Shown in pieces: positions 1 to 9,328 of a stretch of DNA of 64,000 nucleotides (positions are counted from its first letter, which is position 1; each line of letters begins with the position of its first letter). The notes below the pieces were generated by a model. The model was not told the DNA's origin and did not search any database. It was given only the letters and a program-made list of their open reading frames with translations. The DNA comes from an uncultured Verrucomicrobiota bacterium. GTDB taxonomy: Bacteria > Verrucomicrobiota > Kiritimatiellia > CAIQIC01 > Lenti-01. A program made the translations under genes and the position numbers. Location of the stretch: positions 10,702 to 74,701 of the forward strand of contig CAZGMQ010000005.1 in assembly GCA_964526745.1 (NCBI GenBank), given 5' to 3'.

Positions 1-289
1 GGACAGAGAGCCAAAGGTGGGCCGCTGCACTTTCAGGCGGATATCCATGCCCCCCGTCCCCAGTTTGAGCAGAGAACGGATGTTCGCGGTGTTGAGGGTC
101 AACAGCGGCAGATCCTCTTCGGAAACCGCGGGCTCATCGGCAACCGTCAGCAGGATTCCTGCTGCGAACACCAAGAGTCCGCATGCCACTCTTTTCCATA
201 TCCAAACCATGTCCTGATCCTACCGTTTCGCCGGTGTCCCTTCCACCTTAAATCAATAGGCGCATCTTTCGCTTGCCTTCCCGGGACGC

Positions 290-1378
290 ATGCCACACCA
301 TTTGTACACCATGGCAACCATTCTCATTACAGGCGGATGCGGCTTTATCGGTTCGAATCTGGCGATGGCCTTTCGGAAACAGGGGGATCGCGTCATCGCG
401 TTTGACAACCTGTCACGGGCCGGCTCCGACATTCTCCGCGCCCGCATTCAGAATGCCGGGGTGGAATTCGTCCAGGGCGACATCCGCAACCCGGAAGACT
501 TGGATGCGCTGACCGGCCCCATCGACCGGATGATTGAATGCAGTGCGGAACCCTCTGTGATGGTCGGCATGAACGGCAACGATGCTTCGTTCATGGTGCA
601 GAACAACCTCGTCGGTTCCCTGCATTGTTTTGAATATGCCCGCAAACACGAAATCCCGGTTCTGTTCCTCTCCACCTCGCGCGTCTATCCCTATGATGCA
701 CTCAACGAGCAGGCCTACCGCGAAGAAGCCACCCGCATGGTCCCGGATGGCGAATCAACAGGCTTTGGCCCCGACGGTGTCGGGATAGATTTTCCCCTGA
801 ACGGCCCCCGCTCGCTGTATGGCGCCACCAAACTGGCCTCGGAGATCATGCTTCAGGAATACAGCCATCAGTATCAACTGCCGGCCATCATCAACCGATG
901 CGGCGTGGTAGCGGGCCCCTGGCAGCTGGGCAAACAGGACCAGGGCGTCTTCACCCACTGGCTGGTCTCCCATGAACTGGAGAGTCCCCTCTCCTACATC
1001 GGATTTGGCGGGCATGGGAAACAGGTCCGCGATCTGCTTCATATCGATGATCTGGTCGATCTGGTCCTGCAGCAAAGCCGCGAGATCGCTGGATTCTGCG
1101 GCGAAATCTTTCCGGCCGGCGGCTCGACGTTCTCGAACCTGTCCCTGCTCGAGGCGACCGACCTGTGCCGACAGATCACGGGCCATGACATCCCGATGGG
1201 CTCTGTCGCCGACACCCGGCCGGCCGATGTCCTCTGGTTCGTGACAGATAATCGCCCCACGACCGACCGGTTTGGCTGGCACCCAACACGTGATGCGGAA
1301 ACCATCCTGCGCGACATTCACCGCTGGCTGACCACCCACCCCGACCTTCTGTCCGCCCTGTTTGGGAAACGGTCGTGA
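290..1378 (+). CDS. NAD-dependent epimerase/dehydratase (SDR, CDP-paratose-2-epimerase/UDP-sugar-4-epimerase-like)
   Basis: N-terminal Rossmann motif ILITGGCGFIGSNL. The 362-aa length and overall composition fit extended-SDR sugar epimerases. Its end overlaps the next gene by 4 nt (ATGA-type coupling). Confidence 0.8.
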   Translation: MPHHLYTMATILITGGCGFIGSNLAMAFRKQGDRVIAFDNLSRAGSDILRARIQNAGVEFVQGDIRNPEDLDALTGPIDRMIECSAEPSVMVGMNGNDASFMVQNNLVGSLHCFEYARKHEIPVLFLSTSRVYPYDALNEQAYREEATRMVPDGESTGFGPDGVGIDFPLNGPRSLYGATKLASEIMLQEYSHQYQLPAIINRCGVVAGPWQLGKQDQGVFTHWLVSHELESPLSYIGFGGHGKQVRDLLHIDDLVDLVLQQSREIAGFCGEIFPAGGSTFSNLSLLEATDLCRQITGHDIPMGSVADTRPADVLWFVTDNRPTTDRFGWHPTRDAETILRDIHRWLTTHPDLLSALFGKRS

Positions 1379-2118
1379 GCGCGCCCTTCTTTTCGATCAT
1401 CATTCCAGCCCACAACGAAGAGGGCTGCATTGCCGGCACCTGTGAAGCCATTGCCGCACACTTTCAAGCCGAACGGATCGAAGACTACGAAATCTGTGTG
1501 GTCAACGACAACAGCACCGACCGCACCGGAGAGATCCTTCAGGACCTGAGCGCCCGATTCCCACTCATCCGCACCGTCAACAATGACCAGCCCAACGGCT
1601 TCGGCTTTGCCATCCGCAAAGGGCTGGAGTCCTTCCGTGGCGAATGCGCCTGCGTGGTCATGGGCGACCTTTCTGACTCACCGGAAGATATCCTGGCCTA
1701 TTACCGTGAAATGAAAAACGGGGCGGAATGCGTGTTTGGCTCACGCTTCATTAAAGAATCCCGCGTCATCGATTATCCCAAGCATAAGCTCTGGATCAAT
1801 CGGCTGGCCAACCGGTTCATCAAAATGCTTTTCCGACTGGATTACAATGATATCACGAACGCCTTCAAGTGCTATCGGCGCGAGGTGATCGAAGGGATTC
1901 AGCCGCTGCTTTCCGCCCACTTCAATCTGACCGTGGAGATGCCGCTGAAAGCCATCACGCGCGGCTTTACCTATACGGTGCTCCCCATCTCATGGACCAA
2001 TCGGGTCAGCGGGGAATCCAAGCTTAAGATCAAGGAGATGGGCAGCCGCTATCTCTTCATTGTGCTGTATGTGTGGCTGGAGCGAAAACTCTCTCGCGGG
2101 GACTATCAGCGCCGCTGA
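1375..2118 (+). CDS. Family 2 glycosyltransferase (dolichyl/polyprenyl-phosphate sugar synthase-like)
   Basis: FSIIIPAHNEE start typical of GT2, plus a DxD-like VVNDNSTD region. Its start overlaps the epimerase stop, consistent with an operon. Confidence 0.8.
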   Translation: MSAPFFSIIIPAHNEEGCIAGTCEAIAAHFQAERIEDYEICVVNDNSTDRTGEILQDLSARFPLIRTVNNDQPNGFGFAIRKGLESFRGECACVVMGDLSDSPEDILAYYREMKNGAECVFGSRFIKESRVIDYPKHKLWINRLANRFIKMLFRLDYNDITNAFKCYRREVIEGIQPLLSAHFNLTVEMPLKAITRGFTYTVLPISWTNRVSGESKLKIKEMGSRYLFIVLYVWLERKLSRGDYQRR

Positions 2119-3653
2119 ACCGGCCCCACGGGCGCCTTCTTCTTTTCGAAGATGATCTTTTTGTAGCGCAGATCATAGGCTTGGGGGAACCGGGTGGAGG
2201 GCGGCATCTCATAGAGCGGCTTATAGGCCTTCTCCAGTCGATCATACAGGGCGTAGGAGTTGTCTTCCGTGGGGATGTCGATAATCACCAGGTCCCACGG
2301 GTCGCTTGCCAGATAGGCCCGACGTTCCGCAGACAACGAGGTCGGGTCAAAACGGCCGTTCACCCAGGAGTCTTCTCCGGCCTGCGGATAGGCCGGCTGC
2401 CCCGCAAGCAGACTCAGGAAACCACGATTGATGAAATAGGAGCTCTTTCCCGGAGTTTTGAGGATACTGAACAGCTGCTGATAACGAGCGGCATCCTCAT
2501 CGTTGATGTAGTAGGGTCGCACATCCTCTGCAAGAGCAAGCCCCTGCATCCCCAGCATCGCTCCCAACAACGGAACCGCAATCCGCCGGTCCCGGAAGAA
2601 ACGATAGGCATAGGACACCCCCATCACCACGAGGAGCACATAGAACACATACATCTGGGAGGTTCCCGATCCATACTTGCCGTTGGTATAGGGACCGATC
2701 ACCGCCGCCGCACCCAGCATGAGCAGCTCCGGCCGGAACAGCCCGCGCCAGGACCGCTCATAGGCCATCACGCCTGCCACGGTGAAAACCCCTACTATGG
2801 CAAATTTGCGCGTGAGGATTTCGGTGTAGACCACCGTCCACAGTCGTGACCAAATCATCATCTGCTGCTGGTTCATTTTGAACACCCAATAGATGAATTC
2901 TGAATTCTCGAGATTGGCATAATAGGTAATGGCCACGACCGACAGGGCCGCCAGGCCGCCGCCCAGCCAAAGACCCTTGCGCCAGTTTTGCGACAGCACA
3001 TAGACCGTCCCCGCCACCATGTAGGCCAGTCCCAGCTGCTTGCTCCAGAAGGAGGCGAATAGAGCCAGCCCGGCCGCCACCAGCGTCTTCCAGGACAGCC
3101 CCGGATCCCGCAGGAACAGATAGACCGCCAGAATCGAAAAGAACACATGGACGGTGTTGGGGCCCACATCCATGTACCACTTGACCTCCACAGCCGATGA
3201 GAGCCCCATCGCCACAAAGGCAAAGAAGCGATCCTGAGTCAGCCGCAACACGCACATTCCCGCCAGCCAGATTGCCCCCAGCCCAAACAGACAGGCCACG
3301 CCCCGCGTCCAGCGGATATCCGTTCCAAAGACCTTAATGGTCCACCCAAAGATCTCGGAGGCCAGCGGCGTGTAGCCATCCGTGACATGTTGAATGTCGT
3401 TCTTCGGATAATAGCTGTGTCCCCCTTCGGAAAACTGGTGGAAGTAGAGCATGTGCCAGGCATCGGAACCCGCCACGATTTCAGGATGGCTCACATGGTT
3501 CACCATCAGCGACAGCATGATCAGCAAATGGATCGAAACAATCAGGCCGACGCCCCAGCGCATCCAGCGAACAGCGGACGAGTTCACGTGGGCAGCTGTA
3601 CTCTCTGTGGAGGGGGTGGGTTCGACATGTTTTTTAGCGGGTTTCATCAGCAC
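2106..3653 (-). CDS. Polytopic membrane glycosyltransferase, GT-C fold (ArnT/PMT-like, polyprenyl-phosphate-sugar dependent)
   Basis: 515 aa with more than 10 predicted hydrophobic helices and an SDAWH motif in the first loop. It is convergent with the GT2 gene, the expected partner for a polyprenyl-P-sugar donor. Confidence 0.55.
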   Translation of the reverse strand: MLMKPAKKHVEPTPSTESTAAHVNSSAVRWMRWGVGLIVSIHLLIMLSLMVNHVSHPEIVAGSDAWHMLYFHQFSEGGHSYYPKNDIQHVTDGYTPLASEIFGWTIKVFGTDIRWTRGVACLFGLGAIWLAGMCVLRLTQDRFFAFVAMGLSSAVEVKWYMDVGPNTVHVFFSILAVYLFLRDPGLSWKTLVAAGLALFASFWSKQLGLAYMVAGTVYVLSQNWRKGLWLGGGLAALSVVAITYYANLENSEFIYWVFKMNQQQMMIWSRLWTVVYTEILTRKFAIVGVFTVAGVMAYERSWRGLFRPELLMLGAAAVIGPYTNGKYGSGTSQMYVFYVLLVVMGVSYAYRFFRDRRIAVPLLGAMLGMQGLALAEDVRPYYINDEDAARYQQLFSILKTPGKSSYFINRGFLSLLAGQPAYPQAGEDSWVNGRFDPTSLSAERRAYLASDPWDLVIIDIPTEDNSYALYDRLEKAYKPLYEMPPSTRFPQAYDLRYKKIIFEKKKAPVGPVQRR

Positions 3654-3783
3654 TCCTTGAATAATTCAACCCCCCTACGGTCAAGATTTCAGGGCCTGAA
3701 AGCAAGTCAATTCCTGTTTTTACAGAGATGAAGTACGGAATTCTCTTTTCCGAGTCCCTGCACCTCGCTACAGTCTTGCGAAC

Positions 3784-5136
3784 TTGGAATCCATCACAGC
3801 AGGAGACAGACTCATGGCAGGCATTTTTAAAGCATATGACATCCGCGGCATTTATGGCGACTCGCTCACCGACGACATGGCGTTTCGCATCGGTCGTGCC
3901 ATCTTCGCATTCCTCGGCTGCAAGAAGGTCGTGGTGGGCCGGGATATGCGCCCTCATTCCCAACCCCTCTTCGATGCCATGGCCCGCGGCCTCGCCCTGC
4001 ATGGCGTAGAAGTCGTCGACCTCGGTCTCTGCTCGACCCCGATGTCCTATTATGCGAACCAGCTCCTGGGTGCCGATGCTTCGGTCATGATCACGGCTTC
4101 GCACAACCCGGGGCCATGGAACGGATTTAAAATCTGCCGGGCCAACGCCGTCCCCCTATCCGGTGCCACCGGCATCATGGACATTGAGCGCATTGTCATG
4201 GAAGAGGACTTCGCTCCCGAAGCCCCGGCCAAGGGCCCCATCACCAGCTTTGACATCGTTCCGGCCTATGTGGAGCACTTCCGCGCTTTCGCCGACATCC
4301 GCCGCCCGCTGAATGTGGTCGTGGACTACGCCAATGCCATGGGCATCCTCGAGGCCAAGGTCTTCGATGGCCTCTTCGACATCACCCCGCTGTTCGATAC
4401 ACTGGACGGCTCCTTTCCGAACCACGAAGCCAACCCCTTGGATCTAAGCACGCTCGTCGATGCCCAGAAGGCTGTCCGGGCCGGGAAGTATGACTTCGCC
4501 GCCTGTTTTGACGGTGATGCCGATCGCGTCGGCTTCGTGGATGAAAAGGGTGACATCATTCCGATGGATATGATTACCGCCCTTATCGCCTGCACCATCC
4601 TTAAGGAGAAGCCTGGCGCGAATATCTTCTACGACCTGCGATCCTCTTGGTCCGTCAAGGAAGTGATTGAAGAATGCAAGGGGATCCCCTTCATGAGTCG
4701 CGTCGGACACGCCTTCATCAAGGCCCAGATGCGAGAAGCGGATGCCGTTTTTGCGGGCGAGCTGTCTGGCCACTACTATTTCAAGGAAAACTCGTTTGCC
4801 GAGTCTTCCGCTCTGGCCGTTCTGTTCATCGCCAATCTGGTCTCGCAATCCGACCAGACGCTGTCTGAACTGATTGCACCGATTCAGCGTTACTTCGCCA
4901 GCGGCGAAATCAACTCCACCGTCGACGATGCCGCCGCCGTGCTGGAAAAACTCCGCACAAAGTACGCCGATGCCAAGATCATCGAACTGGACGGGCTCAG
5001 CTTTGAGTATCCCACCTGGTGGTTCAATGTCCGCTGTTCCAACACTGAACCGTTGGTCCGCCTGAATCTTGAGGCCAAGACCGAAGGGGAAATGGAAGCC
5101 AAGCGGGACGAAGTTCTGGCGCAGATCAGGGGCTGA
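3784..5136 (+). CDS. Phosphomannomutase/phosphoglucomutase (alpha-D-phosphohexomutase family)
   Basis: Active-site phosphoserine loop TASHNPGPWNGFK, N-terminal IFKAYDIRG, and a GDADR sugar-binding loop. The true start may be the internal Met at 3814. Confidence 0.85.
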   Translation: MESITAGDRLMAGIFKAYDIRGIYGDSLTDDMAFRIGRAIFAFLGCKKVVVGRDMRPHSQPLFDAMARGLALHGVEVVDLGLCSTPMSYYANQLLGADASVMITASHNPGPWNGFKICRANAVPLSGATGIMDIERIVMEEDFAPEAPAKGPITSFDIVPAYVEHFRAFADIRRPLNVVVDYANAMGILEAKVFDGLFDITPLFDTLDGSFPNHEANPLDLSTLVDAQKAVRAGKYDFAACFDGDADRVGFVDEKGDIIPMDMITALIACTILKEKPGANIFYDLRSSWSVKEVIEECKGIPFMSRVGHAFIKAQMREADAVFAGELSGHYYFKENSFAESSALAVLFIANLVSQSDQTLSELIAPIQRYFASGEINSTVDDAAAVLEKLRTKYADAKIIELDGLSFEYPTWWFNVRCSNTEPLVRLNLEAKTEGEMEAKRDEVLAQIRG

Positions 5137-5193
5137 TGTCTCTCCAGAGGCTTTGTTGCGGCATGAGCTGAGCAAAGGACTCCATCTCCTAGC

Positions 5194-5224
5194 AGACCGG
5201 GTCGTTTGACCCGGTCTTTTCTCT
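5194..5224 (+). terminator. Rho-independent terminator between convergent manB-like and murB genes
   Basis: Hairpin GACCGGGTC-GTTT-GACCCGGTC followed by TTTTCTCTC. Confidence 0.5.
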
Positions 5225-5244
5225 CTCACGCCCCCGCCAGGACC

Positions 5245-6138
5245 CTACACATCGCCCCAGAAACGGACTTCAGGCACCAGTTCGATCCCAAACCGGTCTC
5301 GAACCGCTGTTGCCATCCGGGTGGTAAGCACAGCCACATCTCGTGCGGTGGTCCCCTCTTCGGCAATCACAATATTGGCATGGTTCTTGAATACATGGGC
5401 TGCTCCTTCATGCATCTCTTTGGCACCGGCTTCTTCCAGAAATTTACCGGCGGCCTGGCGATGACCGCCCTCCACCGCAGGCGGCAGATTTTTGAAGAAA
5501 CTCCCCGCAGTCGGCATCACCCGCCAATCCGGATGCTTCTCCCTCCGTACTGCCAGAATATCTTCCCGAGCGGATTGTAACTGTTCGGGATCCCCCTGTT
5601 CTAGCCGGAACCAGACGCGTGTAATCACACCCTCGGACTCCTGCAGCGAGGAGGTGCGATATCCAAATTCCAGAGCCTCGCGAGGCAGGATGTGAATTTC
5701 ACCTTCCGTCGAAACCAGCTCGACTCCCTCCAGCACATCACCCAGGGCGGCCCCGAAGGCACCGGCATTGCCGCAGACCCCCCCGCCGACGGTCCCGGGT
5801 ATTCCTGAAGCAAACCCCAATCCAGCCAGACCTTCGGCTGTTGACAGTTTGGAGCAGACATCCAGCGACAGTCCGGCCCCGACACAGACCCCGTCTTCCA
5901 CACGGGTGAATTCCGGGGCGTCAGCAACCACTCGTAGAACGGCCTCGGGAATCCCCTCGTCCGCCACCAGCAAATTCGAGCCCCCTCCCATCACACGCCA
6001 CGGAATTCCTGATGCTGTCCAGCCACGGAGAATCTCCGACACCCGGGCGGCATCCGATGCCGTAACAAGCTCACGACAGGGCCCGCCCAGACGGAACGTG
6101 GTAACCTGATTGAGACATTCCTTCATATAGTTGAGCAT
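5245..6138 (-). CDS. murB: UDP-N-acetylenolpyruvoylglucosamine reductase
   Basis: FAD-binding domain signature FRLGGPCRELV...GGGSNLLVADEG, and a MurB C-terminal domain. Confidence 0.85.
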   Translation of the reverse strand: MLNYMKECLNQVTTFRLGGPCRELVTASDAARVSEILRGWTASGIPWRVMGGGSNLLVADEGIPEAVLRVVADAPEFTRVEDGVCVGAGLSLDVCSKLSTAEGLAGLGFASGIPGTVGGGVCGNAGAFGAALGDVLEGVELVSTEGEIHILPREALEFGYRTSSLQESEGVITRVWFRLEQGDPEQLQSAREDILAVRREKHPDWRVMPTAGSFFKNLPPAVEGGHRQAAGKFLEEAGAKEMHEGAAHVFKNHANIVIAEEGTTARDVAVLTTRMATAVRDRFGIELVPEVRFWGDV

Positions 6139-6224
6139 CGTACGCCAAACTCTTCCTTTTCTGAAAGCTCAGACTTGACCCGCCTGCTAACCTGTCGCAC
6201 AATGCCCGCTCGATCACACCCCAT

Positions 6225-6298
<74 letters not shown>

Positions 6299-6385
6299 CT
6301 TTTTCTTTTCTTTTCGTCCTTCCTCAGGAAATCCCCTTGCGCTTCCGCATCCCCTGAATCATCATGGTCTTGAGGAACTGAACGT

Positions 6386-7327
6386 ATGATGTCCATCCTG
6401 ATCTTCATTCTCGGAATTGCCTGTCTCTGGGCCGGCACCGAAGCCGTGATGCGGCGCATCCCGCGAATCGCCAGTTGGCTTCGCGTCTCGCCACTGATCG
6501 TCACGGTCCTGCTGCTGGCTATCATGACCTCGCTGCCCGAGTTTTGCGTCTCCCTCTTTGCCTCCCTGCGCGGTCAGCCGGCGGGGGCCGTCGGAAATAT
6601 CGTTGGTTCTAATTTTGTGACCCTGACTTTTGTAGCCGGTCTCTGCGCCCTGTGGCGGCCGATTGAGGTCGGGCCGACCATCCGGGACCGCGAATCCGGG
6701 TGGATGATTCTGACGTCATCCCTGCTGCTGATTCTGGCCATGGATGGCATGCTCAGTCGCACCGACGGGCTGATCCTCCTGCTGGCCTACATCCCATATT
6801 TCTATGCCACCCTCAAGGATGCCAAAGCGCAACGGACGGCCGCCTCAGCCACCTCACAAGGAAAACCGCTGGCCGATTTGTTTTTCCTCGTTGTGGGTTT
6901 GGCCCTGATCATTCTGGGAGCCCACTGGATTGTGGATCACGGCAGCGCGCTCGCGCGACGGCTGGGCATGAATGATCTGCTGATTGGTGTGACGTTCTAT
7001 GCCTTCGGCACCTCTCTCCCTGAGCTCGCCATTGCCCTGGGTGCCGTCATGCGCCATCAGGCGGATGTGACGCTGGGGGAGGTATATGCCTCCAATATCT
7101 TCACCGGTCTGGTGGTGATGGGAGCTCTGTGCGTGATTTCCCCTCTCCCCGTCGATGCCATCGTGGTCCACCGGGATCTGCCGCTGCTGATCCTGGCCGG
7201 GGTTCTCCTGCAGATGTTTGTGACCAGCGGTGGGCGGTATGTCCGTTCCGAGGCCCTCATCATGATCGCCCTCTATGGCCTGTTTCTGGCCGCCCAGTTC
7301 ATGGGATTTCACATTACGCTGCCCTGA
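6386..7327 (+). CDS. Na+/Ca2+ exchanger family membrane protein (CaCA, YrbG-like)
   Basis: Two alpha-repeat signatures GTSLPE(F/L) (at about aa 47 and about aa 208) in a 313-aa protein with about 10 TM helices. Confidence 0.8.
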   Translation: MMSILIFILGIACLWAGTEAVMRRIPRIASWLRVSPLIVTVLLLAIMTSLPEFCVSLFASLRGQPAGAVGNIVGSNFVTLTFVAGLCALWRPIEVGPTIRDRESGWMILTSSLLLILAMDGMLSRTDGLILLLAYIPYFYATLKDAKAQRTAASATSQGKPLADLFFLVVGLALIILGAHWIVDHGSALARRLGMNDLLIGVTFYAFGTSLPELAIALGAVMRHQADVTLGEVYASNIFTGLVVMGALCVISPLPVDAIVVHRDLPLLILAGVLLQMFVTSGGRYVRSEALIMIALYGLFLAAQFMGFHITLP

Positions 7328-7396
7328 CTGTAACCATTGGGGAACCGGGGGCGACTGAATGGATTGAACGGGAAAACATCCAACTGGAGAAGCCCA

Positions 7397-7825
7397 ATGA
7401 AAACCAAGAGCACCCAAATCCTAATCCTCCTTCTGACCGGCGCGGTACTGGCCGGTTCGGCATTCGCCGCCCCGCAGGTGACCCGCAAACGGGTGAAGCG
7501 ACAAACTGTGCGACAACCGTCGCGGCATCCCAGTCCCTATGGACGACACCAGCAGAAGGGAATGCGGCACTATGTCGCGGAACGTGGCACCAGCTATACG
7601 GTTGTGAATGGTTATGCCGTTCCGGTTCCCGCACGAGTCATCTACACCACACCCACGCCTGTATATGTAGGTCCGACCGTTGTGACCACCACCTATTACA
7701 CGCCGGGACAAGCCTATACCCCCGCCTACTGGAACTTTTATGCCCCGCCCCCTCCGAATCCACGGCCTGCCATCGTCTATACCCCCTATGTCCGGCCGGG
7801 CATCAACTTCAACATATCGTTCTGA
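7397..7825 (+). CDS. Hypothetical secreted protein (Tyr/Pro-rich)
   Basis: Internal Met gives the signal peptide MKTKSTQILILLLTGAVLAGSAFA. No recognisable domain. Confidence 0.4.
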   Translation: MKTKSTQILILLLTGAVLAGSAFAAPQVTRKRVKRQTVRQPSRHPSPYGRHQQKGMRHYVAERGTSYTVVNGYAVPVPARVIYTTPTPVYVGPTVVTTTYYTPGQAYTPAYWNFYAPPPPNPRPAIVYTPYVRPGINFNISF

Positions 7826-7913
7826 ACGGACTGAGCTCTTGAACGCGCCGCTGTTCTATGAAAATGTAGCCGACAGCTTCCGGGCCCGCGCCGGAACCCC
7901 TGCAGGCCTTCAA

Positions 7914-8531
7914 ATGAGCAAAAGCAACAGTCCATCTCGCGACGAAACCTTCGTATTGGAGGCGGTCCGGCGCGTTGTGGACGGCGATACCGAGGCGTTC
8001 TCGGTGATTCTGATGGCACACCAGAAACTGATTGCGGCCGATCTCTCCCGCCGGCTCCCTGCCCAGGATGTGCAAGAAGTCGCCCAGGATGTGTTCCTCA
8101 AGGCCTTCCGGTCGCTGGCGTCCTTTCGAGGGGAAGCCCCCTTCCGGATCTGGCTGTTGCGGATTGCCCGCTTCACCGCCATGGATTTCTGGCGGAAACG
8201 ATATCGTCAGAAAGAGCGCTCGTTCAGCGATCTCGATGAAGCCGCAGTCTTTCACATCGAAGCCGCCCATCAGGAGCAAGTCGATACCGCCCTTGAGAAA
8301 AAGGAGTCCCGGGCCGCCGCCCGCCACTGGCTCAACGCGGCTCTCGCCCACCTCTCCCCAAATGACCGGGCCGTCATCACCCTCGTGGAGTTGGAGGATT
8401 TTTCGATGGAAGAAGCCGCCCGGGAGTTGGGCTGCGGTCTGTCCGCCGTGAAAGTGCGCGCCTTTCGCGCCCGCCGCCGCTTGAAGGTCATCCTCGAAGA
8501 GATTCGCGCGAAGAAAGAAACGACATCATGA
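7914..8531 (+). CDS. RNA polymerase sigma-70 factor, ECF subfamily
   Basis: Region-2 motif FLKAFRSLASFRGEAPFRIWLLRIARFTAMDFWRKR and region-4 HTH (LVELEDFSMEEAARELGCGLSAVKVRAFRARRRL). Start taken at the internal MSKSNS Met. Confidence 0.8.
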   Translation: MSKSNSPSRDETFVLEAVRRVVDGDTEAFSVILMAHQKLIAADLSRRLPAQDVQEVAQDVFLKAFRSLASFRGEAPFRIWLLRIARFTAMDFWRKRYRQKERSFSDLDEAAVFHIEAAHQEQVDTALEKKESRAAARHWLNAALAHLSPNDRAVITLVELEDFSMEEAARELGCGLSAVKVRAFRARRRLKVILEEIRAKKETTS

Positions 8532-8869
8532 AAACCGAAACGCCCCCATCCTGGAATGAGTTGCGGACAGCCTACCGGCCGACCGGGCTTGAACTGGACA
8601 CCGCCGCCATCATGGAGACCATACGCCATGAAGCAACGGTTCATCCACTGCAACCGGCCCGGCGCGGACCTGTTGTTGCAATCCCGGTCTGGGCCTGCGC
8701 CGCCGCCGCCTCACTGGCCCTGCTGGCCACAGTCAGCGTTGTGGGCCACTCGATCACGGCCGCTGACCACACCATCAGCCAGGCTTGGATACAGGACATC
8801 GAGCCGGAACAGTTTGAATCCACCTTCCTGAGCTACACCGCCACCCCGCGTGAAGGGAACGAAATATGA
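8528..8869 (+). CDS. Putative anti-sigma factor (single-pass membrane)
   Basis: Start overlaps the sigma-factor stop (ATGA). 113 aa with one central TM (VVAIPVWACAAAASLALLATVSVV). Position and size are typical of ECF anti-sigma factors. Confidence 0.5.
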   Translation: MKTETPPSWNELRTAYRPTGLELDTAAIMETIRHEATVHPLQPARRGPVVAIPVWACAAAASLALLATVSVVGHSITAADHTISQAWIQDIEPEQFESTFLSYTATPREGNEI

Positions 8870-9288
8870 GAACCACCAAATTGATCCTCCTGCTATTGAC
8901 GGCCCTCCTCGTTGGAGTCTGCATCGGATTCTTTACCAACAGCGCCATCATCAAGGCCCGCGTTCGGCGCTATCAGGAGATTCCGGCCCATCTGTCCGAA
9001 CATATCATGGAGAAAATGACGGGGGGGCTGGATCTGACCGAAGCCCAGCAGCTGGAAATCCAAAAGCAGGTGGATGACTACGTTCAACAAAGAAAGGAAC
9101 AGCGTGGCATACGAAAGGCCCAACAGGCCGAACGAATGGCTGAATTGAGCAGGAAAATTGCCCAGCACCTAACCCCGGAGCAGGATGAACAGTTCAAGGT
9201 GATGATGGAAAAAGTCGGCCCCAGACGAAAGGCCAGCCATGACTTGATGCGGGCGATTCCAGAAGCCCGGACCCCTGCCGGGCAATAG
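8866..9288 (+). CDS. Periplasmic LTXXQ-motif protein (CpxP/Spy-like)
   Basis: Signal/anchor MRTTKLILLLLTALLVGVCIG, an LTEAQQ motif, and a Lys/Glu/Gln-rich helical composition. Translationally coupled to the anti-sigma gene. Confidence 0.6.
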   Translation: MRTTKLILLLLTALLVGVCIGFFTNSAIIKARVRRYQEIPAHLSEHIMEKMTGGLDLTEAQQLEIQKQVDDYVQQRKEQRGIRKAQQAERMAELSRKIAQHLTPEQDEQFKVMMEKVGPRRKASHDLMRAIPEARTPAGQ

Positions 9289-9328
9289 CGCTGGATTTTC
9301 CGGTTCCGAGCCTCTATTCTCCCCGCCT

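Noticed and set aside
2073-2849. 258-aa plus-strand ORF overlapping the GT-C membrane glycosyltransferase gene
   Set aside because: Lies antisense inside a 515-aa ORF with coherent TM topology. Its Arg/Pro/Gly-rich composition is typical of shadow ORFs in high-GC DNA.
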